IMG/VR virus record: IMGVR_UViG_3300028797_000013
Coordinates: 2,912-66,911 of that record
DNA length: 64,000 nt
Strand: one strand, 5' to 3'
DNA from: a virus
Lineage: Duplodnaviria; Caudoviricetes
Below the pieces are notes generated by a model. It saw only the letters and a program-made list of their open reading frames with translations. It did no database searches and had not been told where the DNA came from. Shown piece by piece: positions 56,032-64,000 of the stretch (positions are counted from its first letter, which is position 1; every line of letters starts with the position of its first letter). A program made the position numbers and the translations under genes.

Positions 56032-56968
56032 TGTTGTCGCCTCCCTTCACAACTACTGTCGTTTTCCTCTCTACGCCTATGACAGCACCAGGCTGAACTA
56101 CTCCGGTCTGCTGGAGTATGTCCATGACCTCCTGTAGGTCCTCAGCCTTAGTACGCTGCCGCGTCTGTTCCTGTGCAGCTACCTGAGCACTCTCCACCTT
56201 CTCCTCACGATAAGTAGTGATGTTCCGCTCAAGCTCAGACCCAAACTTCGCAAGAGCTACGATCTCATTAGGCCTCAGCAGCGAAGGGTCGATCTCATCT
56301 ATAGCCATAGAGACCTTCTCCTGGAGCCTCTGAGCCATAGAGAGCTGCTTCTCATTCATCTCACGAATCGCTTTGATTCGCTTCTCTTGCCCCTCACTAT
56401 CTACTGCCTTGGCCCATTGGACCATTCTGGCTTTGAAGTTCCACCGCTGTGCTGTGCGCGTGACGAAACCTACTGACAGGTTAACCTCTTTTGCAAGCTG
56501 TGACCACCTGGGCAAAGCAAGGGGATAGTAACTACGATACTTTTCCCAGACGATCCACTCATTATCAGTCTCTTCGGGTTGCCGCTCATACAGTGCGAGG
56601 CCAAGCTGACCCGCCTGTTCCATCCAACCTTCATTAGTTCTACGCATCAGCGTAGTCTGCTCTTCCAGCTTTGCATAGCATGTTGCACACAGCTGCGGGT
56701 TTCTGATGCTACGCTGGGTGGTGCTACCACACTCACTACAACGCCACTGGCCATCTACTCCAACAGCTTCCCATGCAGCATCTACAATCTCTGTATTGCC
56801 TGTGGGCTTGGTATGTGTGGGCACTCCGCCTTTTGGCCAAAATGGATCCGGCATCGTAGGAACTACTGTACCGCCTCCGCCAGCTCGCGGCGCTGACTTT
56901 TTATGCTCTACGGTAGCTGCGTGGAGCACATCAGCGTCGAGATGCTTGCCCGACGTGTTCATGGTCAT
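56006..56968 (-). CDS. Putative terminase small subunit
   Basis: ERQPEETD.EW..W..YR...LAKEV......AQRWNF..R...W pattern; first gene of the packaging operon. Confidence 0.7.
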   Translation of the reverse strand: MTMNTSGKHLDADVLHAATVEHKKSAPRAGGGGTVVPTMPDPFWPKGGVPTHTKPTGNTEIVDAAWEAVGVDGQWRCSECGSTTQRSIRNPQLCATCYAKLEEQTTLMRRTNEGWMEQAGQLGLALYERQPEETDNEWIVWEKYRSYYPLALPRWSQLAKEVNLSVGFVTRTAQRWNFKARMVQWAKAVDSEGQEKRIKAIREMNEKQLSMAQRLQEKVSMAIDEIDPSLLRPNEIVALAKFGSELERNITTYREEKVESAQVAAQEQTRQRTKAEDLQEVMDILQQTGVVQPGAVIGVERKTTVVVKGGDNSEPDSIDI

Positions 56969-57075
56969 TTCCTCCTTCCCATTTCTCATATTATATTATA
57001 CGCACACGATGGCGAATAGCTACTAGTCGCTAGTACGCTATTACTTGTGTCCGTTGACTATACCCTCCAACTATG

Positions 57076-57186
57076 CTGTAATATTTGACTGTAATATTTG
57101 ACTGTAATATTTGACTGTAATATTTGACTGTAATATTTGACTGTAATATTTGACTGTAATATTTGACTGTAATATTTGACTGTAAT
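57076..57186. repeat. Tandem repeat, 8 exact copies of CTGTAATATTTGA plus a partial copy
   Basis: Counted directly; lies in the divergent gap between terS and the plus-strand genes. Confidence 0.95.
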
Positions 57187-57303
57187 TATGCAGCAAGACA
57201 GCGACGCAGCGCCCAGTGTAAGGGATATGCACGCACACGCGGCTATAATCCTTGACTTTAGAAAGGCCTATGTCGGGCCTAATAAAGCCGGAAAGCACCT
57301 TGA

Positions 57304-57557
57304 CAACTTGATACAGCACGCAGGGCCGAGATAAAGATGAGAGAATTTGTGGAGTATTTTCCTGTGCTTTGCATCTACCTGATGTATATCCTCGTGCCCC
57401 TGACTTTCTGTGGACTCCTTGAGGAGCTCATTGTTCGGACCAAGACTGGCCGTCGATTTGAGGCCTGGCTATTTAAGAAGCTGGGCATCAACACTGACGA
57501 AGATAAATAAATAACTAACTAAAGGAGGTCAGAGGTCCTGCGTGCTGTATCAAGTTG
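57304..57557. repeat. 21-bp perfect inverted repeat flanking a small gene
   Basis: CAACTTGATACAGCACGCAGG at 57304-57324 and its complement at 57537-57557. Confidence 0.85.
57337..57510 (+). CDS. 57-aa membrane protein (not on the ORF track)
   Basis: MREFVEYFPVLCIYLMYILVPLTFCGLL...; one TM segment and basic tail; SD weak. Confidence 0.55.
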   Translation: MREFVEYFPVLCIYLMYILVPLTFCGLLEELIVRTKTGRRFEAWLFKKLGINTDEDK

Positions 57558-57809
57558 CCAGGGGGCATTGCACCTTGACAACTAAATATTGGTGAGTGAG
57601 AGATTGGTAGATAACCAAGTTCCTTTCTCACAACACTGAAAGGAGGTGGTGCCGCCAAAGCAGGCACCGTTCCCCGCGGGTATCTACACGCCAACTGAAG
57701 GTGTAGCCCGAGCAGTGAGGGTGAGAGCTGCTAGGCCACTGAGTGGCTGACTGCCGACAAAGTCGAGCATCGTGTGCACTAAAGAATAAAGTGCAGAAAG
57801 GAAATTACC

Positions 57810-58499
57810 ATGGCTAACTCTAAACTGTCTGCCAACCTCACGCTCGCGGCGATCGCGATCAAGTATGACGTCAACGCCCACGGCGTCGACAACCTGAAGG
57901 CTGCCATCGAGAACGGGGAGATCCTGGGCATGCTGAAGGCCTGTGCTGATGAGCTGTATGGCGGGGACATGAAGCCCGTTATGGCTCAGTTCAATAGGAA
58001 CCTGAGCAGCCAGCGCTGCACCCGGAAGATCACCGACACGGCCAGCAAGAACAGGGCTGACATGGTTGAGCTTCTCTGGGCTATGACCCACGGCACCAAG
58101 GTTGGTGCTCCTAAGGCCCCTCGTGCTGGCTTCCAGTACACGATCGAAGAGGTTGATGTGCTGGCTGCTGAGGGCAACGTTGCTGAGCTCCAGCGGCTCT
58201 ACAACAACGTCCACAGCAACGTGAACAAGAGGCTGGCTGGGGAGCATCCCAGCAACTGGGCTGCCCGCTTCGCGGAGGACCCCACGCTGGCCCGCTGGGT
58301 CAAGGTGAAGGAGCACGTCAGTGAGGTGCTTCCCAAGGTCAAGGCTCGGGCTAAGGCCAGCAAGCCTGTCGAAGAGACCCCCACCAAGCCTGAGGTCAGC
58401 AACGACTTGGCCAAGAAGCTGGCTAACTACAAGGCTGGCAAGAAGGCCACGTTCACCCCTGAGCAGATGGCTGAGATCCTGAAGCTCCTCCAGGGCTGA
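57810..58499 (+). CDS. Hypothetical helical protein, paralog family member P3
   Basis: GAAAGGA SD; strong codon bias; AELQRLYNNVHSNVNK motif. Confidence 0.85.
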   Translation: MANSKLSANLTLAAIAIKYDVNAHGVDNLKAAIENGEILGMLKACADELYGGDMKPVMAQFNRNLSSQRCTRKITDTASKNRADMVELLWAMTHGTKVGAPKAPRAGFQYTIEEVDVLAAEGNVAELQRLYNNVHSNVNKRLAGEHPSNWAARFAEDPTLARWVKVKEHVSEVLPKVKARAKASKPVEETPTKPEVSNDLAKKLANYKAGKKATFTPEQMAEILKLLQG

Positions 58500-58588
58500 T
58501 CGCGCGAGTGTGAGTTAACAGAGAAAATGTGGGAGTGAGATTACCACAGCTAAAGAAAGTACCCCCTGCACAATTTAATCTACTACAC

Positions 58589-59140
58589 GTTGGGTGATGA
58601 ATAACGTTAAGCACAGAAAGGAATCTACCAATGACTAGTCTCAGCCCTATCGTTCAGTGTGAAGCCAAGACCGTTTGGGACCTGGTGGTCGCTGACACGT
58701 GTAGCTGCATGGAGCTCCATAAGCCCTGCAACAAGCTCATCGAGGATGGTGAGTATAAGCATGTGAGACTGCCCTGTGGCTATGCTTGTGAGAACCTGGG
58801 CACTAAGATGCTGTATCATTACCTGTTGAAGGATAATGACCTGCTGAAAGAAACCTATCCCATCTATTGGAAGAAGGTTACCTTCAAGGGTGAAATGAAC
58901 GCGGTGCTTGGCTGGCTCAACCATTGGGATCCCAATGGAGACTGGGATGCGCAGGATGTGCTACTGACCCCTATCCAGACGATTAGGACCCTAGAAAATC
59001 TTAAGGCAGAGCTGGAGGACGACTACCAAGAAGTTCCTGGCTGGATCGACTCCTGCATCGACTACCTCCTGCTGTTTACAGTCTAAGTAATGAAGAATGT
59101 TGGGTGATGAATAACGTTAAGCACAGAAAGGAATCTACCA
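58589..59140 (+). repeat. R1: 42-bp perfect direct repeat (58589-58630, 59099-59140) containing the SD
   Basis: GTTGGGTGATGAATAACGTTAAGCACAGAAAGGAATCTACCA occurs twice. Confidence 0.95.
58631..59086 (+). CDS. Hypothetical early protein
   Basis: Directly after R1. Confidence 0.8.
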   Translation: MTSLSPIVQCEAKTVWDLVVADTCSCMELHKPCNKLIEDGEYKHVRLPCGYACENLGTKMLYHYLLKDNDLLKETYPIYWKKVTFKGEMNAVLGWLNHWDPNGDWDAQDVLLTPIQTIRTLENLKAELEDDYQEVPGWIDSCIDYLLLFTV

Positions 59141-59637
59141 TGGCTAAGTTCTACTACAATCCCGCAACCCGCACTTGTGGTACTAAACAGACCATTAGGT
59201 GCACCCTCACCACTGACCAGTACTATGAGTCTGAGAAGCGCTGGTTCTGGCATGCCGTGAAAGCCGGTGATGTGTACCAGGATCCGTTTAAGTGCCTCAC
59301 TCCGAAGGTGGTTAATACCATCGAAGAGCTGAGTGAAATGGTGAAGCAGGCCGGCTTCTCTGGCGGTGTACACTTCATCGACGCTGAAGACAACCTGTAC
59401 AACATCAATCAGACGGCTGCCTTTGAGTTTGCGCCTCTGAAGCACGATGGTCAGCATTCTAATGCAGGGATCAACTGGGCCACGTGCTTCTTCTTTACCG
59501 AAGAGGCAGCACAGGCATTTGGTGAGAGCCTCAATGCGGGACGCAAGCATGAAGATGGGTATTTCAGATGGGATAAACCTGAGTACCATGAAGACCTGGA
59601 CACCTGGAGCGTCCGCTATCGCTGCTACGCCGACTAA
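59140..59637 (+). CDS. Hypothetical early protein
   Basis: Directly after the second R1; start moved to MAKFYY. Confidence 0.8.
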   Translation: MAKFYYNPATRTCGTKQTIRCTLTTDQYYESEKRWFWHAVKAGDVYQDPFKCLTPKVVNTIEELSEMVKQAGFSGGVHFIDAEDNLYNINQTAAFEFAPLKHDGQHSNAGINWATCFFFTEEAAQAFGESLNAGRKHEDGYFRWDKPEYHEDLDTWSVRYRCYAD

Positions 59638-60141
59638 TGTAAAGTATGGGGGCTGCGCATCCTACACGCAGAGAAAGGAAACTAAATGAAACCAATCATT
59701 AGCTTCTATTTGGATAGTGCTGTCATAGAGCTGCACTTCTCAGGCGGGCCTTACGCATTTATTAACTGCACAATAAAGGAGCATTGGCCAGAAATGCTCA
59801 CTATTTCGCACATCCCGTATGAAGCATTTGAGCTACTCGATATTGAGCAGCAAATGAAAGTTACTGATTTCGTAGATCTCATGGACTTTTGGTCCATTCC
59901 CGATTTACTCAGTGATGACGAGCTGCAAGATAGGATTAATATGCTATTCTCTGACTATCCTACGGTGTGCAGTATGTTATACAAGCTACTGTACAACTGG
60001 CTTCAGGATATAACTGAGAAGAATCCTGAAGAAGTACAGCAGCTAACTGATTCGTTCCTAACAGAACTTGGAGAGCTTCTTGAGGACCTTGACCAAGAAG
60101 ACTAACGTAAAATACGGGGGCTGCGCATCCTACACGCAGAG
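59632..60141 (+). repeat. R2: 42-bp direct repeat (59632-59673, 60100-60141; 39/42 identical) with CTGCG/CGCAG hairpin
   Basis: GACTAAYGTAAARTAYGGGGGCTGCGCATCCTACACGCAGAG; includes the stop codon of the upstream gene. Confidence 0.92.
59686..60105 (+). CDS. Acidic hypothetical early protein
   Basis: GAAAGGA SD; markedly acidic; AT-richer than neighbours. Confidence 0.8.
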   Translation: MKPIISFYLDSAVIELHFSGGPYAFINCTIKEHWPEMLTISHIPYEAFELLDIEQQMKVTDFVDLMDFWSIPDLLSDDELQDRINMLFSDYPTVCSMLYKLLYNWLQDITEKNPEEVQQLTDSFLTELGELLEDLDQED

Positions 60142-60186
60142 CATATTACGTCAGGTTCAAGACGTTAAAACCAGAAAGGATCTACC

Positions 60187-60780
60187 ATGAATAACACCAA
60201 TCTCAACATCAACATCACTCTGAGCGCTGTCGAAATGGCTACCATTCGTGAAGCCCTGCGCTATGCTGCTCAGCAGGTCCATGACTCGGGTATCCCTGTG
60301 TTCGAGAACTATGAGACCATGAACTCTGCTGGCAAGTACGTGTTCGACGAAGACCTTCACACGGACAATCAGGCGAAGGCTGATCTGGCCCTCGAGCTGG
60401 CTGACACCCTGGATCTCATCGAGGCTGACGGTTATGACTGGATGGTCTTCCGTGAGGACTACTGCATCGGTGAGCGTTTCATGGCTGTCTGGTGCCGGCA
60501 CTGGAAAACCGAGGACTTTGCTACCCCGCTGATCACTGAGTTCGTCTGGAGGACTCCCGCTGGTGCAATCTACACCAGTATTCACAAGGACTACGTGATG
60601 CCCCTCAACACCACTGTCGCAGTTCACTACGTGCCTTATGACAAGCTGACTGACAAGAATGTTGTGCACTACTACGACCTGGATGATATCAAGAACAAGG
60701 TGCCTAACATCTCTGAGGATCGTGAAGTCAATGATACTATTCTCGAGGCTCTCAGGACTTGGTTCAACTACCACATCTGA
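60187..60780 (+). CDS. Hypothetical early protein
   Basis: GAAAGGA SD; strong codon bias. Confidence 0.8.
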   Translation: MNNTNLNINITLSAVEMATIREALRYAAQQVHDSGIPVFENYETMNSAGKYVFDEDLHTDNQAKADLALELADTLDLIEADGYDWMVFREDYCIGERFMAVWCRHWKTEDFATPLITEFVWRTPAGAIYTSIHKDYVMPLNTTVAVHYVPYDKLTDKNVVHYYDLDDIKNKVPNISEDREVNDTILEALRTWFNYHI

Positions 60781-61047
60781 TCTCACTCACCAATAGTTAG
60801 AGAGTGCTGGTGCATGGAAGGAGGTGATTACCTTGCACCAGTTCATCCTTGATCACTTTATAGATCCGGTTGGGCTGCATCCGCCGCGCGGTGCGGTCCA
60901 ACTGATTGCGGCAAGGCCGGAGTGGGCACCGCGACGACGCGGCCCAGCTAAATCGTCCGCCGCGCAACGCACCATAAAAGCATCGCCGCCTTCCAGCAGG
61001 CCAGCGCCGCAGCGACCTTGGGATGGTAGAAACCAGAACAAAAGTCC

Positions 61048-61079
61048 CGGTGTAGAAGCCGTGGCGAGCAGTGTATAAT
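61048..61079 (+). promoter_or_regulatory. Phage-motif promoter (copy 5 of 5)
   Basis: CGGTGTAGAAGCCGTG-N10-TATAAT. Confidence 0.65.
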
Positions 61080-61208
61080 GGCTATAGTGAGGGCGAGAAA
61101 GCGGTCTTTGCCAGCCGCGGTACGAGCTCCACGGTGCACTTTGACAAGCCCGCAACGCGGGCACAACACAGCGGGTAACACCCGCACATCTTGAAAGGAG
61201 AGCATACC

Positions 61209-61973
61209 ATGAAGAAGCAGAACACCAACCTGAACACCACCGAGGCCACCGTCATCAACCCGTTCGAGAGCCTGAACGCCGTGAGCGTTGTGCAGGCCGG
61301 GACGAGGAAGCTGGCCTACACCGGAGTCCTGCAGGAAAAGGCTCGGAGCATGACCACGGAGCTCATCCGCAAGGCCGGTGGGGACGCCAAGTTGGCTCCC
61401 TTGGCCAACACCATGCTAGCGGACAAGACGCCTGAGAGCCTGCTGGCCTTCATCACCGAGGGCATCCCGTCTGAGCAGATGACGGAAGCGTCGAAGGTCC
61501 TCGACGGGTGCCCGGACGACGACCTGCCCAAGATGCTGGAGTCGCAGCGCTCCAACCGTTCCAAGGCCAAGAGAACCGGTTTGGTCGCCATGCCGAAGGT
61601 CATCGACTACGTGGCCAGCATGGTGGGTGAGCTCCTCATCCGGGAGCGCACGGGCAAGGCCTATGCAAGCACGGGCAAGCTGGCTACCGACCATGAGGTT
61701 CTCGCGGCCGACCAGGACCAGCTGGTCAAGCGCATCAACTCATTGGCTTCCAAGAAGTCCCGCCTGAGCAAGCTGGCCACCTACGATGCCAATGCCAAGT
61801 CTGAGCTGGATGCCGTCGAGGCCGAGCTGCAGGAGCTCCGGGCCCTGCGTCCCAACAAGACCAAGACCACGGTCAAGTCGGTCAAGCTCGAGGACATCAA
61901 GTCCGCGCTCGCGGCCATGTCCGATGAGGAGCGTGAGAGCCTGATCGCCCTGATGCAGCAGAGCGTCGGATAA
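61209..61973 (+). CDS. Hypothetical helical protein, paralog family member P2
   Basis: GAAAGGAG SD before MKKQN; strong codon bias; matches 24138..24638. Confidence 0.85.
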   Translation: MKKQNTNLNTTEATVINPFESLNAVSVVQAGTRKLAYTGVLQEKARSMTTELIRKAGGDAKLAPLANTMLADKTPESLLAFITEGIPSEQMTEASKVLDGCPDDDLPKMLESQRSNRSKAKRTGLVAMPKVIDYVASMVGELLIRERTGKAYASTGKLATDHEVLAADQDQLVKRINSLASKKSRLSKLATYDANAKSELDAVEAELQELRALRPNKTKTTVKSVKLEDIKSALAAMSDEERESLIALMQQSVG

Positions 61974-61992
61974 GCTACCAGCCACCACAGTG

Positions 61993-62074
61993 AGTCCCCG
62001 GTCGAAAGACCGGGGACTTCCCTTTTTGCCCATCGCCGCAGCGCCCCGGTCTTTCGACCGGGGCTTTCTTTTTA
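61993..62074 (+). terminator. Tandem intrinsic terminators
   Basis: 11-bp stem with GAAA loop (61993-62018) and 9-bp stem with TTTC loop (62043-62064), each followed by a T-rich run. Confidence 0.8.
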
Positions 62075-62444
62075 GCTTGAACACCGCGACGGTGCGGTGC
62101 CGAAACCAGTGACCCGGCTTTGCCGGCCGCACCGTGTCGGCATGGTGCAATCCCGGCAGGCCAGCGCCGCGGCAGCCCGAAAAGCTCAGCATGTCAAGCT
62201 ACTGGAGTTCTAACCGACAGGCCTGCACGCGGCGCCGGGACGCTGGATCTAAAATGCATGTCGGGTTTTTGCAACCCGGGGGATGCATCGACGCAGCGAC
62301 GCGGGGATGATAGTGGCAGCGAACAAGCGCTGCAGCGTTCCGGGCGCGACAGGCCGGGGCGCCGAGTGCCAGCCTTTTAGCTCTTCCGAAAAATCGGAAA
62401 AATTTTTAGCTGCTCCGCGCGCGCGGAATGAAAGATTCCGGTGA

Positions 62445-62911
62445 AAATACGTCGACGTATTTGATTTGTAAAAAATCTGTAAGATTTGTAAAAACTGTAA
62501 GATTTGTAAAATCTGTAAGGCCCCCGGGCCCTATGTGTAAAAAATAAAAGTCGTACAAAACTTCCCGTCAGAACTCTGCTCTGCCCGCTCGTCCGCTCCA
62601 ACTACTGACTGGTATCCTCTTTCTTTTCTACTCTATTGCTTCTTTATTATTCATATTTATTAGTATTATTATTATCTTAAATATATATGAAAAACAAAGA
62701 AGCGAGAGAATGAAAAAGAAAGAGTATTCCAGTCATAGATAGGAATGGAATGAGTGAGCGAATCAGATTTCTGACTGGTAGTTTTGTACGACTTTTTTAT
62801 TTTTTCCAACACGCGCAGGGCCTTACAAATCTTACAGTTTTTACAATCTTACAGTTTTTTACAGTTTTCTTACAAACAAAATACGTCGGCAGGTAATCTC
62901 TGCCGACGTAT
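62445..62911. repeat. Element B: six TGTAA units, AT-rich core, six inverted units; homologous to element A
   Basis: TGTAA at 62467/78/87/96/505/514; TTACA at 62823/32/41/49/59/70; inner IR AAAAGTCGTACAAAA; flanking palindromes. Confidence 0.85.
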
Positions 62912-63045
62912 ATCCAGTAGATTCCAGGGTCGCCGCGGCGCCGCAATGCAGACTCGACATCAAGATGGGTCACAGCAGCGCAGACTTGATACTAATAAGG
63001 GACGCTGCAACTCAGATTCGACACCCAAAAGAGTTGCAATGCAGC

Positions 63046-63336
63046 TCAACCCATACCAAATGCTGACAGTAGAAGGATCAGGCCAGTCTTAACAACAGTC
63101 ATGCGCCGCATAAACTTCGGACCAGGTGCGTTCTGTAGATACGCACGGGCCTGTGGATCATGCGCTGCAGCCTTACTGAGTTTGTGATAAACAGGGTAGT
63201 ACTGCGTGTGTAGAACGAACGGGTCCTTAGGCCACTGGGAGCGAGAGGATGGAGCAGAGGGTAGCTCCCCAGTAAACTTGTAACCACGAGAAAGTTCAGC
63301 AATGACTGCTTTACGTCTCTCTTCAGGTGACATCAT
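63046..63336 (-). CDS. Hypothetical protein
   Basis: AGGAGG SD; hydrophobic C-terminus. Confidence 0.7.
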   Translation of the reverse strand: MMSPEERRKAVIAELSRGYKFTGELPSAPSSRSQWPKDPFVLHTQYYPVYHKLSKAAAHDPQARAYLQNAPGPKFMRRMTVVKTGLILLLSAFGMG

Positions 63337-63356
63337 AGATACATCCTCCTTTTAAC

Positions 63357-64000
63357 TCAGCAGTAATGGGGCCGACTGACAGTAGCTGCCATGCCTGGCG
63401 CCCACTCAAACACCAGATAAACCGAAACATCACGGCCGTGAGAGGTATCATCCAGTAGAAGGGAGTGCGTCTCATGCGCACGGGAAGCCCACTCTTCATG
63501 AAGCCCATGAGGGAACCCACCTTTGGCTTCAGCTTCACGGGCTTCGTGCTGATCAATACAGTAGCTACCCTCACCAGACACAAAATCTTCATACTGCTTG
63601 AGGAGCTCATCAGTAGTCAGTGCATTGCCCATATAGGGATACTCCTCACGGATCGCAGTGAAGGCTTGGGCCAGGGCTTCTTGGGTATCATAGGAGTCAG
63701 AGCCGAGATGGGTCCAGTGGTCGTACCACCAGCCGCCCTCCTCAGGGCCACCATAGCGACGATCGACCTCGTAGATGGAGATGAACGCTTGCGACAAGTG
63801 GTCATGAGACACCTGACGAATCGCGCTGTGGATATAATCGAACATGGACGTGGGACAGTCCTCGCACTGGTAGTCATCACTGGTGAGCGGTAGAATAAGG
63901 CGGGACAAGAGGCAGAGCTGATCATAGGTGAGGGGCAGCTGGTAGACCTCAGCAACAGGGTTGAGGTCAGTGGACCACCACTCCTTGAGACCCAGGGTAT
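63357..64000 (-). CDS. Hypothetical phage protein, partial (frame open to the right edge)
   Basis: YGGPEEGGWWYD motif recurrent in phages; no stop upstream of the track TTG at 63908. Confidence 0.75.
   Translation of the reverse strand, partial: TLGLKEWWSTDLNPVAEVYQLPLTYDQLCLLSRLILPLTSDDYQCEDCPTSMFDYIHSAIRQVSHDHLSQAFISIYEVDRRYGGPEEGGWWYDHWTHLGSDSYDTQEALAQAFTAIREEYPYMGNALTTDELLKQYEDFVSGEGSYCIDQHEAREAEAKGGFPHGLHEEWASRAHETHSLLLDDTSHGRDVSVYLVFEWAPGMAATVSRPHYC

Noticed and set aside
57076-57186. Possible CRISPR array
   Set aside because: 13-bp units are contiguous with no spacers; no cas genes
57214-57249. Sixth copy of the CGG-box promoter
   Set aside because: CAGTGTAAGG is 3 bp out of register with TATAAT and lacks the CCG half-site
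57668-57685. GTTCCCCGCG resembling a type I-E CRISPR repeat (possible RNA anti-CRISPR)
   Set aside because: Only about 10 nt match and the rest of the repeat hairpin is missing
60824-61078. 84-aa plus-strand ORF with a good SD
   Set aside because: Low-complexity Pro/Arg/Ala sequence over GC-rich hairpins and overlapping promoter copy 5; left unannotated, although a short peptide is possible
62784-63092. 102-aa plus-strand ORF
   Set aside because: Translates the TTACA repeat arm of element B; no SD
1-64000. Stop-codon reassignment, lysogeny module or base-modification cluster
   Set aside because: Genes are intact in code 11; no integrase/repressor seen; nucleotide genes form an ordinary dTTP pathway

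Overview
The window is most of a tailed dsDNA phage genome (siphovirus-type morphogenesis genes), cut inside genes at both ends. The host is probably a Bacillota/Clostridia bacterium, inferred from strong AGGAGG Shine-Dalgarno sites, a Dp-1-type holin, an Amidase_2 endolysin, YhaM and a SleB-like hydrolase. No integrase or repressor is visible. Positions 1-57 kb read almost entirely on the minus strand. In transcription order: terminases (TerL carries a class-3 mini-intein), portal/head, tail with a 3884-aa tape measure protein (TMP), four putative receptor-binding genes, lysis, a tRNA/ncRNA cluster, replication and nucleotide metabolism (SNF2, sigma factor, ligase, RNase H, DnaG-primase/MCM fusion, YqaJ, dUTPase, ThyX, kinase, dCMP deaminase, PolA, YhaM), and small accessory genes. 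A plus-strand island at 57.3-62 kb has genes separated by repeated 42-bp spacers. Most notable observations: (1) an apparently intact DEDDh 3'-5' exonuclease domain inside the TMP; (2) three loci of TGTAA-core repeats (two homologous 6+6 inverted arrays about 37.6 kb apart, plus a 13-bp tandem array), each next to one member of an unannotated three-gene paralog family; (3) a five-copy CGGTGTA-N-CCG(C/T)G-N10-TATAAT promoter motif; (4) four tail-tip genes sharing an N-terminal helix; (5) a D-armless tRNA-like RNA. All family calls come from motif recognition by eye; no searches were run.
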